Shown here in pieces: positions 19,610 to 29,346 of a stretch of 64,000 nt of DNA; position 1 is the stretch's first letter, and every line of letters begins with the position of its first letter. A program made the position numbers and the translations under genes. The stretch lies in the NCBI GenBank assembly GCA_963662275.1, contig OY759316.1, forward strand, positions 416,001 through 480,000, written 5' to 3'. The notes under the pieces were generated by a model that saw only the letters and a list, made by a program, of their open reading frames with translations, did not search any database and was not told the origin of the DNA. This DNA comes from Candidatus Cloacimonadales bacterium. Its GTDB lineage: Bacteria; Cloacimonadota; Cloacimonadia; Cloacimonadales; DAONDQ01.

Positions 19610-20077
19610 TTATTGGATAAAACTAATTTGTCTCCATGCTTCATAAAGGATGATGGAAACACTATTTGCTAAATTGATTGAACGGATGTCACAAGTCATT
19701 GGAATAGTAATATTCCATTCCCGATATTTCTGCAGGATATCTTCTGGAATTCCTCTTGATTCAGGTCCAAACACAAACAGATCCCCTTGTTGATACATTC
19801 TTTCTGTATATAACCGTTTAGTTTTTGTTGTACAAAAATAGATATGATTAGTTGGATACTGTTCGATGAGGGCATCCAGAGAATCATGAAAGTACAACTG
19901 GAGTTTTTCCCAATAATCAAGTCCCGCTCTTTTCAGATGTTTGTCATCCAGAAAAAAACGCATGGGTTTGATGATATGCAACTCTGCACCGGAGCCAACA
20001 CATAACCGTCCAATATTTCCTGTATTGGCAGGTATTTCTGGTTGAAACAGGACAATTCTGAAACTGGTGGACATCAA
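19610..20077 (-). CDS. trmL: tRNA (cytidine(34)-2'-O)-methyltransferase
   Basis: QPEIPANTGNIGRLC, KRAGLDYW, FGPESRG, RSINLANS. Confidence 0.93.
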   Translation of the reverse strand: MMSTSFRIVLFQPEIPANTGNIGRLCVGSGAELHIIKPMRFFLDDKHLKRAGLDYWEKLQLYFHDSLDALIEQYPTNHIYFCTTKTKRLYTERMYQQGDLFVFGPESRGIPEDILQKYREWNITIPMTCDIRSINLANSVSIILYEAWRQISFIQ

Positions 20078-20129
20078 TATTCCTCAATTTATACTATAAT
20101 CATTAACAATGTCTTTAATGGCATACAAC

Positions 20130-21194
20130 TTATTCCATGAAATCAACATATCGAGCCCAGAAATCAAACCATTTCGAAGCACTTGTCCTGATTTGTTCTG
20201 GTGTTAAATTCTGATTCAGCGTGATTACAGACAGCGGGGCAAAGGAGAAGGAAGCGGGTGTCGGAATTGAAGGATCAATGGGATATATCCATTGAGTTTC
20301 CGGTATCATCGATTGAAAGGATTCCGAGATCATGAAATCCAGAAATTTCTTACCCAATTCCGGATGAGGTGCTTTTCTGATTAATCCACCTGCGGGTAAG
20401 TATAGAAACGATCCTTCTTCAGGTATAATACACTTGACTCTGTCAGTATTCATCGTTTCAATATAAAAAGCAGGACTCGTAGATAAACCGATCATCATGA
20501 TACCATCATCTTGGCGAAATAATTGTTTGCAGTTTGTCCATGTTGGTGTGATTTGTGTAATATTCTTACGAATACTATTCCAGAATTGCTCAAAACCATC
20601 ATTACCAAACGCAGCTACAGACCAATATAGACATGCTCTTCCCATGCCTGATTGATAGGCATCAGGAATCAATAATTGATGATAGTACTTTGCATCCTGC
20701 AATTCACCAAACGACTCGGGAGGATCAGTAACAAGATCTGAATCATAAATGATTGCCAAATGTCCATAGGCATATGGTACAAGGTGGAATGATGGATCAA
20801 ATAGATATTCCTTAGGTATCACATGCATGCCCGTAGGATGGTAGGTCTCGAAAAGATTATTCAGGATTACTTCATCTAAATTTGTATTATTTATCCCAAT
20901 CACAACATCTGCTTGAGGAGTGCTCTTTTCCTTTTTTAAACGCTCTATGAGTTGTCCGATATTAGGATTACTTACGACATCCACGGTACACTTATATTTC
21001 TGTTCAAATAAAGGAATTGCTTTTTGACCCAAACCGCTATTCATGAAGTCATCATCACAATAGAGAACCAGGATTTTATTCCTTATGGAGTTTTTATCCT
21101 TTGAATAACTTCCTGTACATGAAACAAGGTATACTGAAAGAACCAGTAATAAAAGAAAGTTCAGCTTCAATTTCAACCTCCGAAAAGAACCCAA
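20130..21194 (-). CDS. Thiamine ABC transporter substrate-binding lipoprotein (ThiB/TbpA-like)
   Basis: Lipobox LVSC; PQADVVIGI, PYAYGHLAIIYD, STSPAFY, IPETQWIYP; the true start is probably slightly downstream (~21173). Confidence 0.75.
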   Translation of the reverse strand: MGSFRRLKLKLNFLLLLVLSVYLVSCTGSYSKDKNSIRNKILVLYCDDDFMNSGLGQKAIPLFEQKYKCTVDVVSNPNIGQLIERLKKEKSTPQADVVIGINNTNLDEVILNNLFETYHPTGMHVIPKEYLFDPSFHLVPYAYGHLAIIYDSDLVTDPPESFGELQDAKYYHQLLIPDAYQSGMGRACLYWSVAAFGNDGFEQFWNSIRKNITQITPTWTNCKQLFRQDDGIMMIGLSTSPAFYIETMNTDRVKCIIPEEGSFLYLPAGGLIRKAPHPELGKKFLDFMISESFQSMIPETQWIYPIDPSIPTPASFSFAPLSVITLNQNLTPEQIRTSASKWFDFWARYVDFME

Positions 21195-21919
21195 GCCACG
21201 ACAAAATCCAATATTAGGATCAATATGGAAGAATAGACAACGGTTTCCGTTGTTACTTTTCCAACTCCTTCAGCACCACCTTCTGTTTTACTCCCTTCAA
21301 AACAGGCAATCGAAGTGATCACAAATCCGAAAAACAAAGATTTGACCAATCCGCCCCATAAATCAGATGGTAAGAAGTAATTCTTCATATTTAAGAAAAA
21401 AGTATATTGATTGACTCCATATTTCAGTATTGAGAAATAATAGGCTGAAAAGATACCTACAACATTGGCATAAATCGTGAGAAGGGGAATCATGACACAA
21501 CCAGCTATGATGCGGGGTAAGTAGAGATAATCATAAGGATCGATTGCCATGGTCTCCATGGCTTCCAATTGTTCCGTTACTTTCATGGAACCAATCTCTG
21601 CTGCCAGGGAAGCTCCAACTTTTCCGGCAAGAACAAGTGCGGTTAGAACAGGAGCTAATTCTATCATCGTTGACTTCCCAACCAAGACACCAATGAAGCT
21701 TTTTGGAATAAATCCATGTGTTTGATATGTAGCTTGGAGAGCTGTAACTAATCCTGTAAATGCTGAAGTAACTGAAATCAATAGGAGTGAATCAAATCCG
21801 GTTCGTTTCATTTGCTTCAGCACTTCGTTGTGTCTCTTTCCTAAGTGAGGGAAGTATCTAAAACACTGGAGAATAAAAAGGGTGTATTGCCCTATACGTC
21901 TAAAAATTGCTGTTATCAT
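21173..21919 (-). CDS. MlaE family ABC permease (stand-alone)
   Basis: ELAPVLTALVLAGKVGASLAAEIGSMKVTEQ; GGAEGVGK; start overlaps the dnaB 3' end. Confidence 0.9.
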   Translation of the reverse strand: MITAIFRRIGQYTLFILQCFRYFPHLGKRHNEVLKQMKRTGFDSLLLISVTSAFTGLVTALQATYQTHGFIPKSFIGVLVGKSTMIELAPVLTALVLAGKVGASLAAEIGSMKVTEQLEAMETMAIDPYDYLYLPRIIAGCVMIPLLTIYANVVGIFSAYYFSILKYGVNQYTFFLNMKNYFLPSDLWGGLVKSLFFGFVITSIACFEGSKTEGGAEGVGKVTTETVVYSSILILILDFVVAWVLFGG

Positions 21920-23255
21920 CGCCTGAATACATATCAGTAAAAGTGGTAAACTCACCAATGAATTTCATTTGAATAAAACCTGTAGCGCCATGACGGTTCT
22001 TTCCTATAATAATTTCTGCTAATCCCTTGTTATCTTGTTTATCACGATTGTAATACTCATCACGATAGATAAACATCACAATATCAGCATCCTGCTCGAT
22101 GGCACCCGATTCACGTAGATCGGAAAGCATGGGGCGTTTATCTGTGCGATTTTCCAATCCTCGATTCAACTGTGAAAGAGCGATGATAGGTATTTTTAAT
22201 TCTTTTGCCAATATCTTCAAAGCCCTGGATATTTCAGATATTTCCTGTTGTCTGTTATCTCGATTTCTCTGGGAAGTCATGAGCTGCAAATAATCGATAA
22301 TCACCATATCCAAACCGCCAATCTCTGCTTTCAGTCTCCTGGTTTTAGCGCGAATATCGAGAGCTGAATTCGTACCGGTATCATCGATAAAAAGATGTTT
22401 CCTAGTTAAAGCATCTGCTGCTTGTGTGATTCGCATGACTTTCTCTTCGTTCATTCCATAGCCTTTGAGCATATCATCCATTTTGACCTCAGCAGCAGAA
22501 CTGAGCATCCTCATAAGCAATTCATCGCTAGACATTTCCATGGTGAAGATACCGATTTTCTTATCATGATACATCGCAGCATTAAATGCCATGTTCAAAG
22601 CCAATGAAGATTTACCCATAGCAGGACGGGCTGCAATAACAATGAATTGACCGGGACGAAAACCACCAATATTGGCATCCAAATCTTTGAATCCACTTGA
22701 TATACCTACAGTTGATGATCGGGTTTTCGCAACTTCTTCAATGTTCTTCAACGTCTCAGGAATGATATCACTGATTTTGATAAAAGCCCGAGACCAGGGA
22801 CGTTCAGCTACTTCAAAAATAGCCTGTTCGGCTTCATCTACAATATCGTCAACAGAACCATCCGCATCATAGCAGCGTTCTATAATGGAATTCGCAGCCG
22901 TTATCAATTGTCTCAGCAGTGCCTTTTCTAAAACGATCTTGGCATGATAATCAAGATTTGCTGCACTCATGACAACATCAGATAATTCACTGATATAAAT
23001 AGAACCACCTACTTTTTCCAAAAGATCATTTGTTTCTAATCTATTCATTAGGGTAATTGTATCAATTTCTGTATGATCTTCGAATAGACTTTGCATCATT
23101 CTAAAGATGATCTTATGGGCACTGCGATAAAAATGCTCTTCCTTCAAACCTTCCAACGCTTTTGCAACAGCATAGCTGTCAATTAGCATCGCAGAAAGTA
23201 CTGCCGCTTCTGCATTGATATCATATGGTAGGGAACGTTCCAATTGTTCAGCCAT
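21900..23255 (-). CDS. dnaB: Replicative DNA helicase
   Basis: AARPAMGKS, IDYLQL, LSQLNR, DLRESGAIEQDAD, KNRHG. Confidence 0.97.
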   Translation of the reverse strand: MAEQLERSLPYDINAEAAVLSAMLIDSYAVAKALEGLKEEHFYRSAHKIIFRMMQSLFEDHTEIDTITLMNRLETNDLLEKVGGSIYISELSDVVMSAANLDYHAKIVLEKALLRQLITAANSIIERCYDADGSVDDIVDEAEQAIFEVAERPWSRAFIKISDIIPETLKNIEEVAKTRSSTVGISSGFKDLDANIGGFRPGQFIVIAARPAMGKSSLALNMAFNAAMYHDKKIGIFTMEMSSDELLMRMLSSAAEVKMDDMLKGYGMNEEKVMRITQAADALTRKHLFIDDTGTNSALDIRAKTRRLKAEIGGLDMVIIDYLQLMTSQRNRDNRQQEISEISRALKILAKELKIPIIALSQLNRGLENRTDKRPMLSDLRESGAIEQDADIVMFIYRDEYYNRDKQDNKGLAEIIIGKNRHGATGFIQMKFIGEFTTFTDMYSGDDNSNF

Positions 23256-23492
23256 AATGATAACTTCCTTATATTTACTCTTAAATAGATGTATTTGTCA
23301 TTTAATGCTCCACCATTTGTCAAGGCTTGAATTTCAAATTCCATGAAATGTGCAATCTTTTTTCTTTTCAAATTAGAAAGAAATGAAAAAGAGTATCTGT
23401 ATGTGCTTATCTATTAACTTGGATGGTTATTTATATCCATAAAGAAGTTGTAGTAAATGTTATAAATAACATTTCATAATAAAAGGTGTATT

Positions 23493-24362
23493 TTGAAAAA
23501 TAAGTATCTGAAAGGTATGTTATTGATGGTATTCTCTGCCATCCTGTTTTCAGCAATGTCAATCATTGTTAAAAACCTTAGCAGTGTAAATACTTTTTTG
23601 ATCACGTTTATGAGATTCTTTACCGGTCTAGTATTTATTGTGATCTTGTATACTAGTGGTACGATACAGATCAAGCCGAAGAATTTACCATGGTTGGCTG
23701 TTCGCGGGGTCTTTGGGGCGCTTGCTGTGATGCTGTTGTACCTGGGAATTACCCGCATTGGGCTTGGTAAAGGAACTATGTTGAATTATACATATCCTGT
23801 CTTTGCTACAATATTAGCTCCCCTGTTGTTGAAAGAAAAGAATCTGCCTCGAATCTGGCTCATGCAGGGAATTGCATTAATAGGATGTTATTTGTTATTG
23901 AATCCGAAAGGATTCTTTCATTTCGCACTTATCGATCTGCTTGTCCTATTTGGAGGATTGTGCGCTGGAGTAGCTGTCAATTCTATCAAAAAACTGACTT
24001 ATACGAATTCTACCTATACGATATTCCTCAGCTTCTGTGTCTTTAGTTGCCTGATGTATGGATATCCGGCGTTTCATCACTTTCAAGCCTTATCAACTAT
24101 GAATTGGATATTGCTTATTTCCGTTGGGATATTGGGAACTGTAGGACAGCTTTGCATGACTTATGGTTATAAGTTTACACCGGTCAATGAAGGAAGCCTT
24201 ATAGCCTTCCTGGTACCGGCGTTGAATGTGATTATGGGAGTGTTGATGTTTTCCGAGAAAATGACAATCGGAATGTGGATTGGAAGTATCCTGATCATTG
24301 GATGCTGTGTTTATACGACGCTACAGAATCAGATGGATATGAATACAGAAATACCGATTTAA
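23493..24362 (+). CDS. DMT/EamA family transporter
   Basis: About 10 TM helices in two EamA repeats; RGVFG, YTYPVFATILAPLLLKE. Confidence 0.88.
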   Translation: MKNKYLKGMLLMVFSAILFSAMSIIVKNLSSVNTFLITFMRFFTGLVFIVILYTSGTIQIKPKNLPWLAVRGVFGALAVMLLYLGITRIGLGKGTMLNYTYPVFATILAPLLLKEKNLPRIWLMQGIALIGCYLLLNPKGFFHFALIDLLVLFGGLCAGVAVNSIKKLTYTNSTYTIFLSFCVFSCLMYGYPAFHHFQALSTMNWILLISVGILGTVGQLCMTYGYKFTPVNEGSLIAFLVPALNVIMGVLMFSEKMTIGMWIGSILIIGCCVYTTLQNQMDMNTEIPI

Positions 24363-25007
24363 ACATCGAAGATGTGTCATAACATAGCCTGTAGTGGAAC
24401 GAAGTGGAACTACAGGAGCGTTTTAACGCATACCCAAACCCTTTGTGGGTGACATTATCCTATTCTTCATCTTGTAGTTTGAATCCATGCAATTCTATAA
24501 ATTTCGCATATTCTTCGGCAAAGGTGTGAATTCTATGATGTTCCTTCTGGTTTCGAATGTACTTTTCTACTGAATCCACATTTGATTTACTTACACTATA
24601 TGCTGCATATCCTGTTTGCCAATGAAACTTCGAATGATATTTTTCATTATACCATTTGCTGGAAAATGCTTTTATATTGCGTACAAAATCGGCTATCCCC
24701 ATCTCCTTAGGAAGAAGACATAATACGTGAATATGGTCTTCGTCCCCATTAACCAGGATTGGTATTCCATTGATTTTCTTTATTATACCAGCTATGTAAG
24801 TGTGCATTTCTTGTTGTTTTGTTTCATCGAGACGAAAGAAACGCTCATCAGTTGAAAAAATAATATGGATAGCAATATGACAATATGATTTAGACACAGT
24901 ACCCTCCCTCTTATGCCACCAACAAGGGGTTTATCTTGTTATTATCATTTTTCCTGTAGTTCCACTTCGTTCCACTACAGGCTATGTTATGCTACATCTG
25001 CGATGTT
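24362..25007. mobile_element. IS200/RAYT-like element bounded by long inverted repeats
   Basis: 24362-24417 and 24952-25007 are reverse complements (53/56); an inner 20-bp imperfect pair lies at 24436-24455 / 24913-24932; encloses tnpA. Confidence 0.85.
24460..24897 (-). CDS. tnpA: IS200/IS605-family (Y1 HUH) transposase / REP-associated tyrosine transposase
   Basis: HIIFST, DHIHVL (HUH), WQTGYAAYSVS, YIRNQKEHH; GTG start with GGAGG RBS. Confidence 0.92.
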   Translation of the reverse strand: MSKSYCHIAIHIIFSTDERFFRLDETKQQEMHTYIAGIIKKINGIPILVNGDEDHIHVLCLLPKEMGIADFVRNIKAFSSKWYNEKYHSKFHWQTGYAAYSVSKSNVDSVEKYIRNQKEHHRIHTFAEEYAKFIELHGFKLQDEE

Positions 25008-25066
25008 GCTTGATCCTTCTTCCTTTCACTACAGGTATATTATTATATCTTTACGAGGTTAATATG

Positions 25067-25555
25067 CTATTTCTTCTCTCCCTGAAACTTCTGTCTTAAA
25101 GCTTCCATGACATCGGTCGGTACAAATTCATTCAAATCAGCATTCAGCTTGGCAAGTTGACGAATCATACTGGAGGAAAGATACATATAGCGATAACTGG
25201 GGATCATAAAAACAGTTTCAATTTCCTGGTTCAGTTTTTTATTCATCAGAGCCAATTGCAATTCATATTCAAAATCAGAAACAGCTCGCATCCCTCGAAT
25301 CATAATTGTTGAGTCCATTTGTTTTGCAAAATCAACGACTAGTCCATCGAAAATCATTACTTTCACATTCGGAATATGTTTCGTTGCTTTTACACAGAGA
25401 CTGGTTCTTTCTTCCAAAGTAAAGAGCGATTCCTTACTTGTTTGTTGGGCGACAGCTAAGATAACCTCATCGAACATTTTAGCTGCTTTTTCCAGGATAT
25501 TCAAATGCCCATTTGTAATGGGATCAAATGTACCAGGATATATTGCTCGTTTCAT
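25067..25555 (-). CDS. coaD: Pantetheine-phosphate adenylyltransferase
   Basis: YPGTFDPITNGH, RGMRAVSDFEYE, LSSS. Confidence 0.96.
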   Translation of the reverse strand: MKRAIYPGTFDPITNGHLNILEKAAKMFDEVILAVAQQTSKESLFTLEERTSLCVKATKHIPNVKVMIFDGLVVDFAKQMDSTIMIRGMRAVSDFEYELQLALMNKKLNQEIETVFMIPSYRYMYLSSSMIRQLAKLNADLNEFVPTDVMEALRQKFQGEKK

Positions 25556-26790
25556 CAGATACCTAATGCGGCAGCGCGAATCTCTTCCAGTTCTTCAATT
25601 TCCTTGGGAATATGCTGTGAAAGAACACAATATCCATCGACTGTCACTAGGACATCATCTTCAATACGAACACCAATATTCTCTTCAGGAATGTATATCC
25701 CCGGTTCGACAGTAATAATATTACCAGCTTCCAATGTTGAATTTCTGAGCCCAAGATCGTGAGTATCCATACCCAAATGATGAGAAATACTATGCATATA
25801 ATAACGGCGATAATCCTTGGGATCTTCGATCAAACCTAATTTGACACATGCTTCACTGATGAGCTTATTCGTTTTTTCATTCAATTCAGGAAGACTGACA
25901 CCAGGTTTGATCATACTGATAATCTCTTTTTCAACGTTCAAGACTTCTTCATAAATGGCACGCTGGCGATCAGTGAACTTTGCTGCTATCGGAAAAGTAC
26001 GGGTAATGTCTGCACTGTAATTATTACACGAAGCTCCCACATCTAACAAAACAAGCTGTTTATCGTCTATGCGTGTATCATTTGCGATATAATGCAGAGT
26101 AGTTGCATTGATTCCGGTCGCCACGATGGGGGTAAATCCCCAGTTACGATAGCCATTAACAAGCATTTTATTATAGATCATAGCTTCCAGTTCATATTCC
26201 ATCATGCCAGCCTGGCTGCTTTCAAAAACAGATGCAAGACCCTTGGCAGTTACGTCTATTGCACGTTGAATCTGCTGAACTTCCCAATCGTCTTTCACAC
26301 TGCGAAGGGGTCTGATCAGTTCTGTGATATCACCGATCTGCATTTGGGGATAATGTTTCACAAGCTTATGAGCATGATGCAGGGGAGTATTTAAAGGTTC
26401 ATGATACTGCGGAGCCTGTAGATTCAGAAAGAATTTCTTTAGCGAAGCACCGACTGAGCTGATATATGATGGAAATTCATCAAGATACATAACATTGCTG
26501 ATCCCGCTGATCTCAGAAGCTGCTTCTTTAGAAAGCTTTTCTCCTTCCCAGACAACACGTTCAGGAATATTCCTTTGTATGAACACCACTTCCTGTTCAA
26601 CACCGGCAAATTTGGTCATTACCAGAATTGCCTGGGGTACTTCTAAACCTGTCAGGTAGAGAAAATTATTGTTTTGAATAAAACGATAGAAACCAGTTGG
26701 CTCCGAATTGGCAAACACCAATATTCCTTGATTATCTTCCAGTTTTTCAGCAAGTTTTAAACGACGTGGAATTACGATCTCTGCATTCAT
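25555..26790 (-). CDS. pepP: Xaa-Pro aminopeptidase (M24B)
   Basis: LHY, LLDVG, YSADITRT, HSISHHLGMDTHD, TVEPGIY, GVRIEDD; ATG at 26790. Confidence 0.9.
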   Translation of the reverse strand: MNAEIVIPRRLKLAEKLEDNQGILVFANSEPTGFYRFIQNNNFLYLTGLEVPQAILVMTKFAGVEQEVVFIQRNIPERVVWEGEKLSKEAASEISGISNVMYLDEFPSYISSVGASLKKFFLNLQAPQYHEPLNTPLHHAHKLVKHYPQMQIGDITELIRPLRSVKDDWEVQQIQRAIDVTAKGLASVFESSQAGMMEYELEAMIYNKMLVNGYRNWGFTPIVATGINATTLHYIANDTRIDDKQLVLLDVGASCNNYSADITRTFPIAAKFTDRQRAIYEEVLNVEKEIISMIKPGVSLPELNEKTNKLISEACVKLGLIEDPKDYRRYYMHSISHHLGMDTHDLGLRNSTLEAGNIITVEPGIYIPEENIGVRIEDDVLVTVDGYCVLSQHIPKEIEELEEIRAAALGI

Positions 26791-26827
26791 ATCATTTCTC
26801 CTTTTCTGGAAATTTTGTTTTCGTGAA

Positions 26828-26906
26828 GTAGGGGTCCGCGTCAGCAGACCCTTGCCCAAAGATTTATTTTCATTAATTAGAAGGGTCTGCTGACGCTGAC
26901 CCCTAC
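26828..26906. repeat. GTAG-type REP inverted doublet
   Basis: gtaggggtccgcgtcagcagaccctt (26828-26853) and its reverse complement (26881-26906); third copy at 28354-28377. Confidence 0.85.
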
Positions 26907-26968
26907 TTTTCTCAATCTTAAATCAGCAAGCTGTCTCCGCTGCATTTCGATACAATATTAAAATCGAA

Positions 26969-26995
26969 TGGATCCCCGCATTCGCAAGGATGACA
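26969..26995. repeat. Short palindromic element (tggatccccgcattcgcaaggatgaca)
   Basis: Imperfect palindrome of the GGATTCCCGC..GCGGGAATGAC type found in many bacteria; a weaker relative lies near 3078-3100. Confidence 0.4.
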
Positions 26996-27058
26996 ACTCA
27001 ATAAACCGGTTTTCTCTTCTCTCTTTAATTTTTAATTCTTAATCTTTAATTTTTAATT

Positions 27059-28285
27059 CTATTGAGTTATCACCATCACTCCATACACCCCGTCATATCC
27101 GGCAGGTTTGAAGCTATAATGCTCTTCCTTCACTGCAATAATTGTTTTCAATGTTTCCTGAGTAATTCTTTTGTCAAGATTATCCTCAATAACAATTTGT
27201 TCACTTTTCCATAATGCTATTTCCGATGGAAACCATTTTAATACTTCCATATACTCAATCCAAACTGATTTTGCTGCCACACCTTTCTTCTGTGCTGTTG
27301 CTATGACTTCCAACAAGGGAAGCAGATGCTTGAACTCTCTATGCAAAGGACTGATCCTCTGATCAGATAATTCCATAGACCTTTGTTTCACACCTGGTAA
27401 CATTGATTTTCTGCAGATCGGACAGATCAAGTCCTCGGGTGCATTTTCTTCATAGATTACCGGAACTGTATGACCTTCGCGATTCGTCCGATGACCTGTC
27501 AAAAAATACCGTCCTTCCGCTGGAAAGAACTCTGCAGTCATATTCACCTTATTTTGCCGAAGAGAATTGATGATTCCTTGATAATCGAAAGTATCCGCAT
27601 CAAGGATAGTGAATTCCCTTCCAATTCGATTCAATGCTGCACAATGTGTATCGCTGTTGGAAATCATTGTCAGGCTTTGCAGGTCTGGAATACGGCACAA
27701 CATTTCAGGATCAGCGCTTAAACCGGTTTCAATGACCCTAATCTGCGATGTGAATTGACCATAGAATTCTTGAATACTAGTTAATCTGTTTCTGCTTCCT
27801 AAAATTCCTTCCGGTGTCATGACATGTGCAGGAATGATTTCGATTAGCGGATGCAAATCAGCAATAGCAAAGAGCCTGTCTTCCAACTCCGCCTGATCCC
27901 GATTTGTTATGAAAGGTCTGCCAATCGTATTCTTCTGACTCCATTTTTCCAATAATTTCTGTATCCCGGTAATAGACTTAAAATCAGGGAAGAAGACAAG
28001 ATGATGAGCTAATACACGATTCTTGTAACCGGAAAGAGATACTGTCAGTATAATCTCAGTCTGCAGAAGAAAACGGGCAGGATAGTCTTTATAAGTGAAT
28101 AACCCATTGCTGGTTTCCTTTAAGACTTGTTTCAATTCTTCAGTTCTTAAAGGATAAATGCAATCCCCGCAGCCATACACATCAATACCTTTGAATGCCA
28201 TCGCCTGGGCAACTGCATCCAGGGAAACATCACCCACACCGCCTGCATATCCCGAATGGGAATGAAGATCAACTGTAATCTGCAA
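27059..28285 (-). CDS. Endonuclease Q / TIGR00375-like PHP-domain protein
   Basis: DLHSHSGY, IPAHVMTP, ETGLSADPEM, SNSDTH, IGREF, EGRYFLTGHR, CPIC, GYDGVYG. Confidence 0.88.
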   Translation of the reverse strand: MQITVDLHSHSGYAGGVGDVSLDAVAQAMAFKGIDVYGCGDCIYPLRTEELKQVLKETSNGLFTYKDYPARFLLQTEIILTVSLSGYKNRVLAHHLVFFPDFKSITGIQKLLEKWSQKNTIGRPFITNRDQAELEDRLFAIADLHPLIEIIPAHVMTPEGILGSRNRLTSIQEFYGQFTSQIRVIETGLSADPEMLCRIPDLQSLTMISNSDTHCAALNRIGREFTILDADTFDYQGIINSLRQNKVNMTAEFFPAEGRYFLTGHRTNREGHTVPVIYEENAPEDLICPICRKSMLPGVKQRSMELSDQRISPLHREFKHLLPLLEVIATAQKKGVAAKSVWIEYMEVLKWFPSEIALWKSEQIVIEDNLDKRITQETLKTIIAVKEEHYSFKPAGYDGVYGVMVITQ

Positions 28286-28353
28286 AAGATAACTCCTTCA
28301 AATCTGTAATCGGATGAAAACTCAAACTCATGTCGTATTCTGACAAGTAATTT

Positions 28354-28377
28354 GTAGGGGTCCGCGTCAGTAGACCC
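28354..28377. repeat. GTAG-type REP single copy
   Basis: gtaggggtccgcgtcagtagaccc matches the copy at 26828 (23/24). Confidence 0.8.
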
Positions 28378-28443
28378 ATATCCTCTGCTCTACGACTCTA
28401 CAATTTCGCACTTCGCACTTCGAACTTTCTTTTTGAGCTGGGT

Positions 28444-28487
28444 TTCATCTAGGCTTCATCTAGGCATTATCTAGGGATCATCTAGAC
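28444..28487. repeat. Imperfect 11-bp tandem repeat (x4)
   Basis: ttcatctaggc ttcatctaggc attatctaggg atcatctagac. Confidence 0.7.
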
Positions 28488-28844
28488 TTTTTTAGATTTT
28501 GCTAAGTTTTTCTTTAGTTTTGATTTCTTTTCTGATTTTCTCATATTCCGTGAGGAAGGTGAGATAGAAGGAAAGAAGGGCAGAGAAATACAAAGAAGAA
28601 GGATTTATTGCCATGAATCCCTACCTGCGCTTTTCCTATTGAAATGGGTGGTTTTGATAAATCAAATCTGCCAACTGTTTAATTGGTGGGCGCTGTCTTT
28701 AGCTTGCGCTAATTTACAGTAACCTGAAGGATACCACTACCGGCGGTAGCAACTACTTCAGTTGTTGGATAAGCTGCTTTGTAAAATCATTTGACTAATT
28801 TGAATTCAATTCCATAAATGAACAAAAACCATAAGGAGAGTATT

Positions 28845-29168
28845 ATGTTTCCAGGTGGAAAGAATATGAAGGATATGATGAAACAGGCTCAGAAGATGCA
28901 ACAAGATCTTTTAAAGGCACAGGAAGAAGCAGCAAACCAAATTATCGAAGCCACTTCCGGTGGTGGAATCGTGAAAGTGGAAATGAATGGGCGCTATGAA
29001 GTTGTGTCCATCAAGATAGATCCTGAAGTTGTGAATCCTGATGATGTGGAAATGCTGGAAGACTTGATCCTGGCTGCTCTCAAGGAAGCTTTTGAGAAGG
29101 TATCTAAAGTTAGTGAAGAATCAATGTCCAAGATTACCGGAAATATGAAGATACCGGGACTGTTCTAG
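28845..29168 (+). CDS. ybaB: YbaB/EbfC nucleoid-associated protein
   Basis: MMKQAQKMQ, SGGGIVKV, DVEMLEDLILAA; upstream of recR. Confidence 0.93.
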   Translation: MFPGGKNMKDMMKQAQKMQQDLLKAQEEAANQIIEATSGGGIVKVEMNGRYEVVSIKIDPEVVNPDDVEMLEDLILAALKEAFEKVSKVSEESMSKITGNMKIPGLF

Positions 29169-29346
29169 GAATTAAGAATTGCAGAGATTTTAGATTTAAG
29201 ATTGAAGAGAAGAGATTTTACTACGAAAAACATGGGAAAAGAGTCAGAAATCAAAATTAATATCGGAGATATAATATCCGATAGCCTGAGGTGTGAACCT
29301 CAGGAAAGTTATACAACCGGCTAAACCCGGAGCCACATGAGGTATC

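Noticed and set aside
28600..28800. SRP RNA or riboswitch upstream of ybaB-recR
   Set aside because: No SRP domain IV motif (CAGG..GGAA..AGCAG) or recognisable riboswitch core; looks like degenerate REP-like sequence. An Rfam scan would settle it.
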